Under the pieces are notes generated by a model, which had not been told where the DNA came from, ran no database searches, and saw only the letters and a list, made by a program, of their open reading frames with translations. This document shows, piece after piece, positions 9,598-19,171 of a DNA stretch of 64,000 nt (the stretch's first letter is position 1; each line of letters starts with the position of its first letter). The position numbers and the translations under genes were made by a program. The stretch comes from Opitutales bacterium (lineage in GTDB: Bacteria > Verrucomicrobiota > Verrucomicrobiia > Opitutales > UBA953): positions 258,847-322,846 of the forward strand of contig JBBAUX010000001.1 in assembly GCA_040398005.1 (NCBI GenBank). The letters are read 5' to 3'.

Positions 9598-10161
9598 TTA
9601 TGCGCGACCGAGGTACTCTTTGTTCTCGGTGCTGACTTTGATTTTTTCGCCTTCTTTGATGAAAAGGGGAACGTTCACGTTGAGTCCGTTTTCACAGACG
9701 ACGGTCTTTTGAACGTTACCAGCGGTATCACCTTTAACTGCGGGAGGAGCTTCCAGGACCTTAACGGTTACCGATGGAGGAAGGTCGACAGTGATAGGGC
9801 GGTCCTCAACGAAGAGCACCATGTAGGAAAGTCCAGGAATGAGGAACTCTTTCGAGTCTTCAAGGGAGGATTCCGAAATATAAAACTCTTCGAACGTGCT
9901 AGGGTCCGAGAAAACGTAATTTCCATCTGCTTGGTAGGAAAGTTCGAGGGACTTATTGGAATTTTCAAAAACATCGAAACTGACTCCAATGCCGCAACGT
10001 ACGGGAATTTTGGCACCAGTTTTGATCGAGCGCAGTTCCATCTGAACGTAGGAGGCGTTGTTCGGGGGGGTGCGAACGAGACATTCCAGAACGATACAGA
10101 GCTCACCATTGTAGCTCATGATATTTTTCTTTTTAATACGATTTACTTGAAGGGTAGCCAT
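9598..10161 (-). CDS. efp: Elongation factor P family protein with atypical PPN tip
   Basis: 187 aa; LPPSVTVKVLEAPPAVKGDTA, KTVVCENGLNVNVPLFIKEGEKIKVST..EYLGRA C-terminal EF-P signature. Confidence 0.9.
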   Translation of the reverse strand: MATLQVNRIKKKNIMSYNGELCIVLECLVRTPPNNASYVQMELRSIKTGAKIPVRCGIGVSFDVFENSNKSLELSYQADGNYVFSDPSTFEEFYISESSLEDSKEFLIPGLSYMVLFVEDRPITVDLPPSVTVKVLEAPPAVKGDTAGNVQKTVVCENGLNVNVPLFIKEGEKIKVSTENKEYLGRA

Positions 10162-10259
10162 AAGTTGAAAGTCGAAGGCAAGCCGTTACACTGGGGACGG
10201 TCAAGCCGGAGTTATCAAATTTGAGTTAAAGTAAGAATAGGACGCTCTAAAGCCCTTAA

Positions 10260-10814
10260 TTATTTGATGATGAAGACAGTTCCACCAATTTGATTTATGG
10301 TGGCTGCACCCTCTGCATCCGTGGTCTCGGTGGTCGTTCCCGAACTTGCAGGGACGGCCGTGCCGCACAGCAGATTCTTGAATGCGCTATAAAAACTTTT
10401 CAGTTCAGCTTTTGAACTGACAACCATCTCCACGGTTTTTGCGTGGGTGGTAGAAGGGTAGGTCTTGACGACTAATCCGGCAGCGGGGCCCGTGGTTAAG
10501 TTAGTGACCTTGGATTCGAGGGCCGACAGTTGGGCGGGAATCGGCGTGCGGGTATTGTAGATGCGAAGTTGTTGATTGGAGTTCGACATATCGATGACGA
10601 CTTCCGAAACGATAAATGTTCCCGTGGTGTATTCTTGGAACGAGATCGAAAGCACGCGATCGGCACGTCCGTAGAACGATAAGTCAGTGCCCGAAACTTC
10701 GATACCAAAGATGCCGCCGTTGGGCACAGCCTTTTTCTTCATGGTAAAGGCCGAGGCTTGAGGGGCGGAACCAAGAATCGCCAGTGCTATTGCGATAAAT
10801 AGAAATTTTCTCAT
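10260..10814 (-). CDS. Hypothetical secreted protein
   Basis: Signal peptide MRKFLFIAIALAILGSAPQASA; beta-rich body with VVKTYPSTTHAKTVE. Confidence 0.75.
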   Translation of the reverse strand: MRKFLFIAIALAILGSAPQASAFTMKKKAVPNGGIFGIEVSGTDLSFYGRADRVLSISFQEYTTGTFIVSEVVIDMSNSNQQLRIYNTRTPIPAQLSALESKVTNLTTGPAAGLVVKTYPSTTHAKTVEMVVSSKAELKSFYSAFKNLLCGTAVPASSGTTTETTDAEGAATINQIGGTVFIIK

Positions 10815-10862
10815 AGTCTTAATTCTTTACGCGGGTCGGTTCCGAGGCAAGATTACAACCCA

Positions 10863-12563
10863 ATGCTGAGTTGCCAAAATTTAACTGTGCAGGCTGGTCC
10901 TGGTGGTCCCTTGATATTAGACCACACCACAGCTCGCTTTTTGCCCAACGGATTAAACGCAGTGATTGGACCCTCAGGTTGCGGAAAAACCACACTGATG
11001 AAGGCCATTTTAGGGATTTTACCTTCAACCGGTGAGGCCTATTTAAATAATGAGACGATCCGCTGCACCGAAGACCTCATCGGCAAAGTCGGCTTCGCTC
11101 CACAATTTACCACAGCCCAACCGCAACTCACGGTAAAAGAGTCGCTAAGCTATGCACTTGAATTAGCCGTTCCTGATTCAGCTGAGAGACAGCGACGACT
11201 CTCCTCGGTTCTCGATGTCACGGGTCTCGCCGTTCACCAAGACAAACGCGTCTCCTCACTCTCGGGCGGTCAGCTCCGAAGACTTTCCTTGGGCTTAGAA
11301 CTCACTCTCGATCCCGCGTGCATGGTTTGCGATGAAGTGACTTCAGGCCTCGATCCGCAATCGGAAGACCAAATTCTCGCACTGCTTCGTCAATTAGTAG
11401 AATCGCGCGGTAAGAGTTTCGTTTGCATCATTCATAATTTAGGAAAATTGAATCAATTCGATTGGGTCACGGTAGTTTATCAAGGTGACGTCATCTTCCA
11501 AGGTTCGCCTGCTTCGCTCTTAACCTATTTTGCGATTCCCGATGGCTTGAGACTCTACGAAGTACTCAACGCCGAGAATTTAGAGCATTGGAGAAATCGG
11601 TGGGCGATTTATCAGGCTGAAAATCCCAACGACTTCGCTGAAGCGAACGCACAGGTGAACAAGCGATCGCCCGAAAACATTGTTCCATCTGATTTGACAA
11701 TCCCCGACGGGGTATCGCAGTTTTTCACCTTATTGTCGCGTCGCTTTAAATTATTTTTCCGCGACACCGGCTATCTGGGACTGACCTTAGCCATCACCTT
11801 CGGATTCCCCTTATTAATTATAATTTTTAATATCGAAGGCACGTGGGATATTTTCAAAATTCCGATGGATCGCAATGTGGCGTCGATGCAGGACATTCAG
11901 CACGCCTTACAGGTACAAATTTCCAACGCCCAAGTGGCCAGTCTCGCGGCTGGTTTAATCATGTTCCAAGTGATCCTCCTCACCTTAATGGGTGCGAATA
12001 ATGGCGGACGGGAAATTTCTGCGGAACGAACATTGTATGAGAAAGAACGGATGACCGGTCTGCGTCCTTGGTCCTACGCGTTGTCCAAAATCACTTTCGT
12101 TTCGCTCATTGCGATTTTCCAAGGTGCTTGGATGTGTGCGTTTGTGAAAATCATTTGCCGATTCCCAGGTCCGTGGTCGGAGCAAATTGTCATGCTCGCG
12201 GCGACGTGTGTTTCGATGTCGATTGTGTGCCTCGGATTTTCCGCGATGCTGACTTCGCCCGAAAAGTCGTCACTGCTCTCCATCTACTTGGTCGGATTCC
12301 AGTTACCTTTATCAGGCGTGGTCTTAGCTCTGCCCGCCGCACTCACTTGGATTTGTCGCCCCTTCATTAATGCCTACTGGGGTTGGTCGGGCTACATGAA
12401 TTCGATGATGTCGACGGACCTCTACGGGGCCTATACCTCCAGTCTGCCTGATCAGTCATCGTTTATTGCCTCCCCAACCTTATCACTCGTTTTACTTTTA
12501 GTGCAGGGTTTATTCGGAGTTTGCCTCGTCGTTATAGGTTGTCAGCAAAAGCGCTGGAACTAA
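10863..12563 (+). CDS. ABC transporter, fused ATPase plus ABC-2 type permease (ABCG/White-like)
   Basis: Walker A GPSGCGKTT, signature LSGGQ, Walker B VCDE, H-loop IIHN; about 6 C-terminal TM helices; REISAERTLYEKER. Confidence 0.9.
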   Translation: MLSCQNLTVQAGPGGPLILDHTTARFLPNGLNAVIGPSGCGKTTLMKAILGILPSTGEAYLNNETIRCTEDLIGKVGFAPQFTTAQPQLTVKESLSYALELAVPDSAERQRRLSSVLDVTGLAVHQDKRVSSLSGGQLRRLSLGLELTLDPACMVCDEVTSGLDPQSEDQILALLRQLVESRGKSFVCIIHNLGKLNQFDWVTVVYQGDVIFQGSPASLLTYFAIPDGLRLYEVLNAENLEHWRNRWAIYQAENPNDFAEANAQVNKRSPENIVPSDLTIPDGVSQFFTLLSRRFKLFFRDTGYLGLTLAITFGFPLLIIIFNIEGTWDIFKIPMDRNVASMQDIQHALQVQISNAQVASLAAGLIMFQVILLTLMGANNGGREISAERTLYEKERMTGLRPWSYALSKITFVSLIAIFQGAWMCAFVKIICRFPGPWSEQIVMLAATCVSMSIVCLGFSAMLTSPEKSSLLSIYLVGFQLPLSGVVLALPAALTWICRPFINAYWGWSGYMNSMMSTDLYGAYTSSLPDQSSFIASPTLSLVLLLVQGLFGVCLVVIGCQQKRWN

Positions 12564-12618
12564 ATCTAAAGCCTGTTACGATAGGTAATGATAATTTTTC
12601 ACCCTATTTATAATTCAC

Positions 12619-13008
12619 ATGTCTAAAATCCCACCCATTTTTTACGCCCTCGGTATTCCGGTTGTCGTGATTGTCATTTTACTCGCGGTGGTTTTACCTC
12701 GTTTAGCGGGCGGCGGAAGGTTTGCTGATTTGAGTGCCTTCTCCGTCGATGGTTATCGTAAAGATTGGGCGACGATGCAGGGCAATATTTATCGTCTCGA
12801 TTGCCAAATCGAACAGCAGCTTTCGTTTGTTGAAGGCAAGGGACGTATCCTGGCGGTGAAACCTACGGAGACGGCGCGTGGTGCCGGACGGATCTCCGTG
12901 TTCGTTCCCCTTAATGGCGGAAACAATTTTGAAGTTGGCCAACGCTATAAGTTTAAGGTTCGCGTGAGTCGCGATCTTTTAGTCGTTGAAGAACTCGAAA
13001 AATTCTAA
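12619..13008 (+). CDS. Hypothetical membrane-anchored protein with small beta domain (possibly OB-like)
   Basis: N-terminal TM helix followed by beta-rich 100 aa; lies in the ABC transporter operon. Confidence 0.7.
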   Translation: MSKIPPIFYALGIPVVVIVILLAVVLPRLAGGGRFADLSAFSVDGYRKDWATMQGNIYRLDCQIEQQLSFVEGKGRILAVKPTETARGAGRISVFVPLNGGNNFEVGQRYKFKVRVSRDLLVVEELEKF

Positions 13009-13017
13009 AGCCACCCC

Positions 13018-14931
13018 ATGAAGTACTTATTTAATATCCTATTTATTTCAGCACTGACCGTGGCGGGCTTCGCCCAAGCTGAGCCGCCTAAGGCAGCGAC
13101 CACCAGCGGTGATTACAAGAGCTCGACCGTGGAAGGTGGAGCAGACCGATTATTTGATGTGAATAGTGATTCGGTGGATATGGAAAATGGTTCCATGCAG
13201 TGGAAGGGGAAGACGTTTAACCTCGGAAACTCTCGCCTCATGCGTGCTCGTTTTGAGCGCTATTTGCAGACGCCTCAAACGAGTGACGATGTCCAAAAAT
13301 ACATTAAAATCCTCGATAAAATTGAAAAACTCCTAGCACCTAACGCCATCACTCAAGCGAATTATTATACCAACCAGCAAGAGGCCTTTAATCTCCTCTT
13401 TGAGGCCGCTCAATATGAGATGGATGCTAATAATAGCTTAACCATTGCTTCACAGGTTAAGAAAATTTGGACGATGCGCGCAGAGTTCCGAGACTTAAAT
13501 ATTACCAAGAATCAGTTGGAAGCTCTCCGTAAATTGCAAGAGGGTGTCGTCGTTAATCGTGCCCAGAAAATTGAAGAAGCTAATGATGACACCACTGCTG
13601 GTTCGACCAACAAACTTAAGAAAACTTCACAAGGGACCACTGAACTTGGCTATCGGCTAAAAGATGAATCACGCACGCAGGTCGAAATCTTATCAAAGAG
13701 TGCTGAGATGACGGCGTTAGGATTGAAAGCACAGGTTGAATTCCAATCCCAGATGGTCGGCTTTCTTTTACAGCGTCGCTACCGTCACTGCATCATTACG
13801 AGTGCCTTCTATCGCGTACTCTTCAAAGGGGCTAATCAGAATATCAAAGTAGGGGCCAAGGAAGTTAAAGAATTTTTCCCCGTCTCGGATTTCGTTCCGA
13901 CTCTTGAATCGCTCGACACCTTGGCTCGTGAAGCGATGAATGATGTTAGCTTAGGCATGAAGACAGTGGACGATCTTCATAAACAGGGCGAAATTTATGC
14001 GTCCTTCGAGCGCCTCCAGGAAACTTATTTCCTCGGAGAATACGAACCGGTGGTGATGACATTTGATGCAGTTAAGAAGCGTGAAATGCTCGATTTATGG
14101 CGCGATTTACGCGAGCTCCAACGTATCGGCGACGAGCGTGACTTGGCCAATGTTGAAGGTTACGTAAACAAGGTAAAAGGTCGGGCGAAAGACTTCCCTG
14201 GTACCTCTATACTTTCCAAAGTGAATAACGCCATCAACGCATCTAACATGTCGGTGTTGTCAGCTAAACAAGCGGCATTGAGCGGTGATACGAACAAAGC
14301 AGAAGCTGCTTTAGAAAAAGCTGGGAAAATTTGGCCACAAAATCCACAGATTAAGGAATTCGCTAATCAAGTAGTCAGCCGCCAAGATAAAATCGGTCAG
14401 ATGATTCCAGAGTTCGATCGTCTGGTCTCGGAATCCAAGTGGAGAGATATTTTTAATAAGAAACTCGAATTCGCTCTGGCTCTTTCCTCCGACAAAGGGC
14501 GTAGCGATAAATTGCGTCAGATTGTAAACCGCGTCGGCGAATTGGATGCCAATATCCAAAAGGCTTCCGTGTTAGCCACGCAAAATAATCCCTATCTCGC
14601 TTGGGATGTCTTAGTGGAAGCATCGAAGACGGAGTCCGACGATTTAGTTTTAGCGAAGACTCGATCCGATATCGCTCCGCTGGTTGCCGACTACGCTAGA
14701 CTGATTGCGTTAGCCGAAAAATTTGAAAAAGAAGGTGCCGAAGCTGCTGCCTTAAACGCCTGGTTGCAGGCTCAAGACATCAACCCTGCTTCGCCAGCCT
14801 GTGGTGAGGCCATTAAGCGCCTGGCTCGCATCGTTGCCGGCGGTTCTAATGTCCGTGCGACGAGCGAAGTCCCCCTGCCTCCCTTAACGCCTGCGACGAC
14901 CGACGAGGTGCCTGTGCCGCCAGCTCGCTAG
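13018..14931 (+). CDS. Hypothetical secreted helical (TPR-like) protein
   Basis: Signal peptide ending AGFA-QA; mostly helical; TPR-like segments (AALEKAGKIWPQNP, AWLQAQDINP). Confidence 0.75.
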   Translation: MKYLFNILFISALTVAGFAQAEPPKAATTSGDYKSSTVEGGADRLFDVNSDSVDMENGSMQWKGKTFNLGNSRLMRARFERYLQTPQTSDDVQKYIKILDKIEKLLAPNAITQANYYTNQQEAFNLLFEAAQYEMDANNSLTIASQVKKIWTMRAEFRDLNITKNQLEALRKLQEGVVVNRAQKIEEANDDTTAGSTNKLKKTSQGTTELGYRLKDESRTQVEILSKSAEMTALGLKAQVEFQSQMVGFLLQRRYRHCIITSAFYRVLFKGANQNIKVGAKEVKEFFPVSDFVPTLESLDTLAREAMNDVSLGMKTVDDLHKQGEIYASFERLQETYFLGEYEPVVMTFDAVKKREMLDLWRDLRELQRIGDERDLANVEGYVNKVKGRAKDFPGTSILSKVNNAINASNMSVLSAKQAALSGDTNKAEAALEKAGKIWPQNPQIKEFANQVVSRQDKIGQMIPEFDRLVSESKWRDIFNKKLEFALALSSDKGRSDKLRQIVNRVGELDANIQKASVLATQNNPYLAWDVLVEASKTESDDLVLAKTRSDIAPLVADYARLIALAEKFEKEGAEAAALNAWLQAQDINPASPACGEAIKRLARIVAGGSNVRATSEVPLPPLTPATTDEVPVPPAR

Positions 14932-14936
14932 GTTAT

Positions 14937-15731
14937 TTACCAGTAGCTAACGGGAGTTTCTTCAAGTGGATCGATGACGGTCACTTGAAGATCTTCTTTG
15001 TGATTCCGTACCGCCTGCATCACTTCATCCACTAAAATGGTACGATTACATTCCTTGCTTAAATGTCCGAGGTATAAATGGCTGGTTTGCCATTCTTTGA
15101 GTCCAAGTAATAAATCGCGAGCGTCTTGATTCGAAAGGTGCCCGTGATTACCACGGATTCTTTGTTTAAGACTCATCGGGCGTTTCGATAAATCGAGCAT
15201 CTCATCGTCGTAGTTTGCTTCGAGCACTAAAATATCGGCCAAGGCGCAATGATGACGAACGACGTCGGTGGCATGTCCTAAGTCGGTTAACCAAGTAACG
15301 CGTTTGTGACCTCCAGAATCGGCATGCGGACAATCCAAGGCGAATCCAACGGGGTCAGCTGCGTCGTGCGGAATGGGAATCGAAGTAACTTTTAAATTAC
15401 GAAACTCAAACGTCGTTCCCGTTTCAAAAATTTGCCAGTTGGGACGAATTTTTAAAGTCGCTTGAATACGCCGCGCGGTTTCTCGATTCGCAAAAACTTT
15501 TAATAAGGGATTTTGTCGGAGGAGGGCAGTGAGTCCGATACAATGATCGGTGTGTTCATGGGTAATAAAAATTGCGTCGATGGCGGGGACTTCTATGCCG
15601 ACTTTACTAAGCGATGATTCGAGTCGGGGGCCTTGGAAGCCTGCATCGAGCATGATACGCGTATCGTCGGCTTGTAAAATTGAGCAATTTCCCGAACTGC
15701 TAGTACCGAGAATATGAAAAGCGAACGCCAT
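14937..15731 (-). CDS. MBL-fold metallo-hydrolase (YycJ/WalJ-like)
   Basis: GTSSSGN, ITHEHTDH, IPHDAADPVG, TDLG, LEANYD, GHLSN, HLSKECN. Confidence 0.88.
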   Translation of the reverse strand: MAFAFHILGTSSSGNCSILQADDTRIMLDAGFQGPRLESSLSKVGIEVPAIDAIFITHEHTDHCIGLTALLRQNPLLKVFANRETARRIQATLKIRPNWQIFETGTTFEFRNLKVTSIPIPHDAADPVGFALDCPHADSGGHKRVTWLTDLGHATDVVRHHCALADILVLEANYDDEMLDLSKRPMSLKQRIRGNHGHLSNQDARDLLLGLKEWQTSHLYLGHLSKECNRTILVDEVMQAVRNHKEDLQVTVIDPLEETPVSYW

Positions 15732-15834
15732 GGACGGGTCAGATGGAAACACACTTGAGTGAACCTTCAAGCCACCATTCTAGTTTTTCCGCTTGTGCCT
15801 CGCAACAGTCTCAACGATGCTTCCACCACTAAGT

Positions 15835-17130
15835 ATGCCTACATTTCCGAGAGTTATCTGTATCATTATGGGAGGTGGCCGTGGTTCGCGTCTTTACCCG
15901 CTGACCAAGGATCGTTGTAAGCCTGCGGTAGCCTTAGCAGGTAATTATCGCTTAGTTGATATTCCGATCAGCAATTGTTTAAACTCGGGCTTTAACCAAA
16001 TTTTCGTCTTAACTCAGTTCAACACCGCTTCCTTACATAAACACATTCAACAAACCTATAAGTTCGATGGCTTTGCTCGTGGGTTCGTTGATATTTTAGC
16101 TGCTGAACAAACGGATGATAGTGAAGCGTGGTATCAAGGCACCGCCGATGCGGTTCGTCAAAATCTCCATCACTATAATTTAAAAGACGAAGACCTTGTT
16201 CTTATTCTTTCCGGTGACCAACTTTACCGTCTCGATTTCGCGGAATTAGCTAAGCAACACATTGAATCGGCAGCCGATATTACCATCGCCGCCAAAGCGA
16301 TGCCCGCAGAACAGGTTTCTGCCCTGGGTGTCATGCGCGTGGGTCCTGACCTGAAAATCAGTGAATTTGTTGAGAAACCTAAAGACCCCGCCGTCATCGA
16401 GTCCCTGGTGCTCAAGGGTAACGCTCGTTCACGTTTATCTGATAAATCCGACCGCAAATACTGTTTAGCCTCGATGGGTATTTATATGTTCTCGGGTAAA
16501 GTGATGCGTGAGGCCTTGGCCGATCCTAAACAAGCCGATTTCGGTAAAGAAGTGATTCCCGGTTTATTAGGTTCGAAGAGAATGATCGGTTACGTTTTCG
16601 ATGGTTACTGGGAAGACATCGGAACAGTCGGTTCCTTCTGGGAATGTAATCTAACGCTGACGGAACCGGTTCCTCCGTTCGATTTCTTTGACAGCGAAAA
16701 TCCTATTTACACTCACGTCAGTTATTTGCCGACCGCTAAACTGAATGGCTGCCGCGTTAATAAAGCGCTCATGGCAGGCGGAGCCATTGTCGATGACTCG
16801 GTGATCAACCGTTCCGTGATTGGTATTCGTTCCGTGATTCGTGGTGGCTCTACTTTGGAAAACGTCGTCATGATGGGCGCTGACTCTTTTGAGCGTCCAC
16901 AGGATATTCTGAAGAATCATAATTTAGGCAGACCCGATATCGGCGTGGGCGCTAACTGCTATATTCGTAATGCCATCATCGATAAAAATGCACGGATTGG
17001 TGCAGGTTGTCGTTTGGCGCCGACGGGTCTTCCTGAGAAATGGGAAACCGACGCACTCTTTGTTCGTGACGGTGTTATCGTTGTTAAAAAAGGCGCTATC
17101 GTTCCGCCTGGGACGATTGTGGGCGAATGA
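15835..17130 (+). CDS. glgC: Glucose-1-phosphate adenylyltransferase
   Basis: GGGRGSRLYPLT..RCKPAV, WYQGTADAV, FVEKP, ASMGIY, DFGKEVIP, YWEDIGT, C-terminal beta-helix. Confidence 0.96.
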   Translation: MPTFPRVICIIMGGGRGSRLYPLTKDRCKPAVALAGNYRLVDIPISNCLNSGFNQIFVLTQFNTASLHKHIQQTYKFDGFARGFVDILAAEQTDDSEAWYQGTADAVRQNLHHYNLKDEDLVLILSGDQLYRLDFAELAKQHIESAADITIAAKAMPAEQVSALGVMRVGPDLKISEFVEKPKDPAVIESLVLKGNARSRLSDKSDRKYCLASMGIYMFSGKVMREALADPKQADFGKEVIPGLLGSKRMIGYVFDGYWEDIGTVGSFWECNLTLTEPVPPFDFFDSENPIYTHVSYLPTAKLNGCRVNKALMAGGAIVDDSVINRSVIGIRSVIRGGSTLENVVMMGADSFERPQDILKNHNLGRPDIGVGANCYIRNAIIDKNARIGAGCRLAPTGLPEKWETDALFVRDGVIVVKKGAIVPPGTIVGE

Positions 17131-18191
17131 TCGCCTTTGCGCGTACCTATTGGTTTACCTGGGGTTTCCTAATCTTCGCTGCACTTTTTACCGGAGTTCA
17201 CTCCATCAGGGAAGTATTCTTCAGCGGCGTAATCGCTTCGTTACTCTCAGCGAGTGCCACGCGTGGCTATGAAAAACTAGGATATCGTTACGCTCCGTTA
17301 TTAGGTGCTGCTCTCGGTATCGTTTGGTCTTCGTTGATGCTTTTATATTTTCGCTGGTTTGGTTCCGCCGACGACTACGTCATCGAATCCTGGCGGTTTG
17401 GTACGACGATGGCCATTCACGCAGCAGGTTTTGCGGGCGCAGGTTTGTTGACCGCGTTAGTCACCAAAAATTCTTTGGGACGATCTTTTGTCGCAGGAGC
17501 TATTTTGTCCTGTGTCATGACCGCTGTACCTTATGGGTTCATTGCGTGGGTGGATGCACGACTCGCTGGCCCGATTGAAATCATTGCACTCGTTTCCGCT
17601 GACGTCGCACCTAACGAAGTTCCCGCGCGTCGAACGGGCATCCAAGTTGCCAAAATATCCGACGAGGAAATTACTTTATTAAGACAGAAATGGCTGGTTA
17701 CTAAAGGTGTCAGCGAATTTGAAGTCATCGACGAACAGGGCCGTCGTTATTGGCCATTATGGCGTAAAACTTTTGTCTACCCGGGTAATCCCAGTCAGGT
17801 AATTCGACGCGTCTTTGTTTTGATTCCGCCCGATTTATCGGAAACGGCTACCTGGAATATACCCTTAACCTCCGATCCACGCGGCGTGAGTATTGTGCAG
17901 TTAAATAATCGGCCAGGTTTTAGTGTACTATGTCCGTCGCCGATTAAGAATATTAGGTGTGAGTTTATCATTAATACTTCCAAAGATTCTTCCAATATCG
18001 AAACACTGGGAAGCACCGCTACGATTAAGATTAAACGTCTTTCACCCATTGGAGATTTTTATGCACCCGATCCCGTGAAGTCGGACCTCGCCCTACAGTT
18101 TCCGCCACTCATCGATAAGGCTGACGAAAAAATTCAGCCTGATTTAAAGACAAAAAAACGCCCCAGCTTTGACGACAAAGTGGGGCAGTGA
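17127..18191 (+). CDS. Hypothetical membrane protein
   Basis: About 5 hydrophobic helices followed by a soluble domain; ATGA overlap with the glgC stop. Confidence 0.7.
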   Translation: MIAFARTYWFTWGFLIFAALFTGVHSIREVFFSGVIASLLSASATRGYEKLGYRYAPLLGAALGIVWSSLMLLYFRWFGSADDYVIESWRFGTTMAIHAAGFAGAGLLTALVTKNSLGRSFVAGAILSCVMTAVPYGFIAWVDARLAGPIEIIALVSADVAPNEVPARRTGIQVAKISDEEITLLRQKWLVTKGVSEFEVIDEQGRRYWPLWRKTFVYPGNPSQVIRRVFVLIPPDLSETATWNIPLTSDPRGVSIVQLNNRPGFSVLCPSPIKNIRCEFIINTSKDSSNIETLGSTATIKIKRLSPIGDFYAPDPVKSDLALQFPPLIDKADEKIQPDLKTKKRPSFDDKVGQ

Positions 18192-18209
18192 TTTTTTATT
18201 GAGTAATCT

Positions 18210-19079
18210 TTAGTTAATCATTGTGCCTTCTTTCGAAGCTTTCTTACGGAACTCAGTAAGAATCTTGGCAGTGAGCGGGCCGGGTTTTCCGGTTCCAATC
18301 ACGCGAGCATCGACCTCGATAACAGGAATAACTTCGGCTGCGGTGCCAGTAAGGAAGCATTCATCGGCATTCCAGACATCGTAACGAGTGATGTTGGTTT
18401 CAACGACTGGGATGTTAAGGGTTTGAGCGACTTCGATGGCTACTTGACGGGTGATTCCAACCAGCGCGCCAGCGTAGGATGCGGGGGTGATGAGTTTGCC
18501 TTTGTGAATTAAGAAAACGTTATCACCGGTGCATTCGGAGACATAACCTTGTTCATTGAGCATGAGGCACTCATGGAAGCCGTGTTGTTGCGCTTCCATC
18601 TTCGCTAAAATATTATTCAGGTAGTTCAGCGACTTGATCATCGGTGGCAACGCTGCGGGACTGACGCGGCGAGTGGGGGCCGTGATGATTTTCATACCCG
18701 TGGTATATAATTCCTCGGGGTAAAGTTTGATGCTATCAGCGATACAAATGATGGAAGGCGTTGGACAATTTTTAGGAGAGAGACCCAGGTCACCGAAGCC
18801 ACGTGAAACCACGAGACGGATATAACCATCGGTCAGTTTGTTACGACGGCAGCTCTCGCAAACGATGTCGGAGATTTCTTTGCGCGTCCAAGGCATGTTT
18901 AAGCACAGAGCCTTGGCGGACATCTCGAGTCGCTCGAGGTGTTCTTCTAAACGAAAAACGCAGCCCTTGTAGAGACGGATACCTTCGAAGATGCCGTCGC
19001 CATAGAGGAATCCGTGATCGAAGACAGAGATTTTGGCTTCAGCTTTAGGATAAAATTTTCCGTCGATATAAACTTCCAT
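18210..19079 (-). CDS. ilvE: Branched-chain amino acid aminotransferase
   Basis: DHGFLYGDGIFEG, IKSLNY (PLP lysine), ECTGDN, LVGITR, GTAAEVIP. Confidence 0.93.
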   Translation of the reverse strand: MEVYIDGKFYPKAEAKISVFDHGFLYGDGIFEGIRLYKGCVFRLEEHLERLEMSAKALCLNMPWTRKEISDIVCESCRRNKLTDGYIRLVVSRGFGDLGLSPKNCPTPSIICIADSIKLYPEELYTTGMKIITAPTRRVSPAALPPMIKSLNYLNNILAKMEAQQHGFHECLMLNEQGYVSECTGDNVFLIHKGKLITPASYAGALVGITRQVAIEVAQTLNIPVVETNITRYDVWNADECFLTGTAAEVIPVIEVDARVIGTGKPGPLTAKILTEFRKKASKEGTMIN

Positions 19080-19171
19080 CGTAGTAGCGCGAAGATTGGG
19101 CAAGATTGCGGAGTATTTCCAGCCCGAAGCAGAGAAAATAGATAAATTAGGTCCTTTTGGTCTAAAAAAAC

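Noticed and set aside
9384..9635. 83-aa ORF
   Set aside because: It spans tRNA-Gln and a terminator, so it is spurious.
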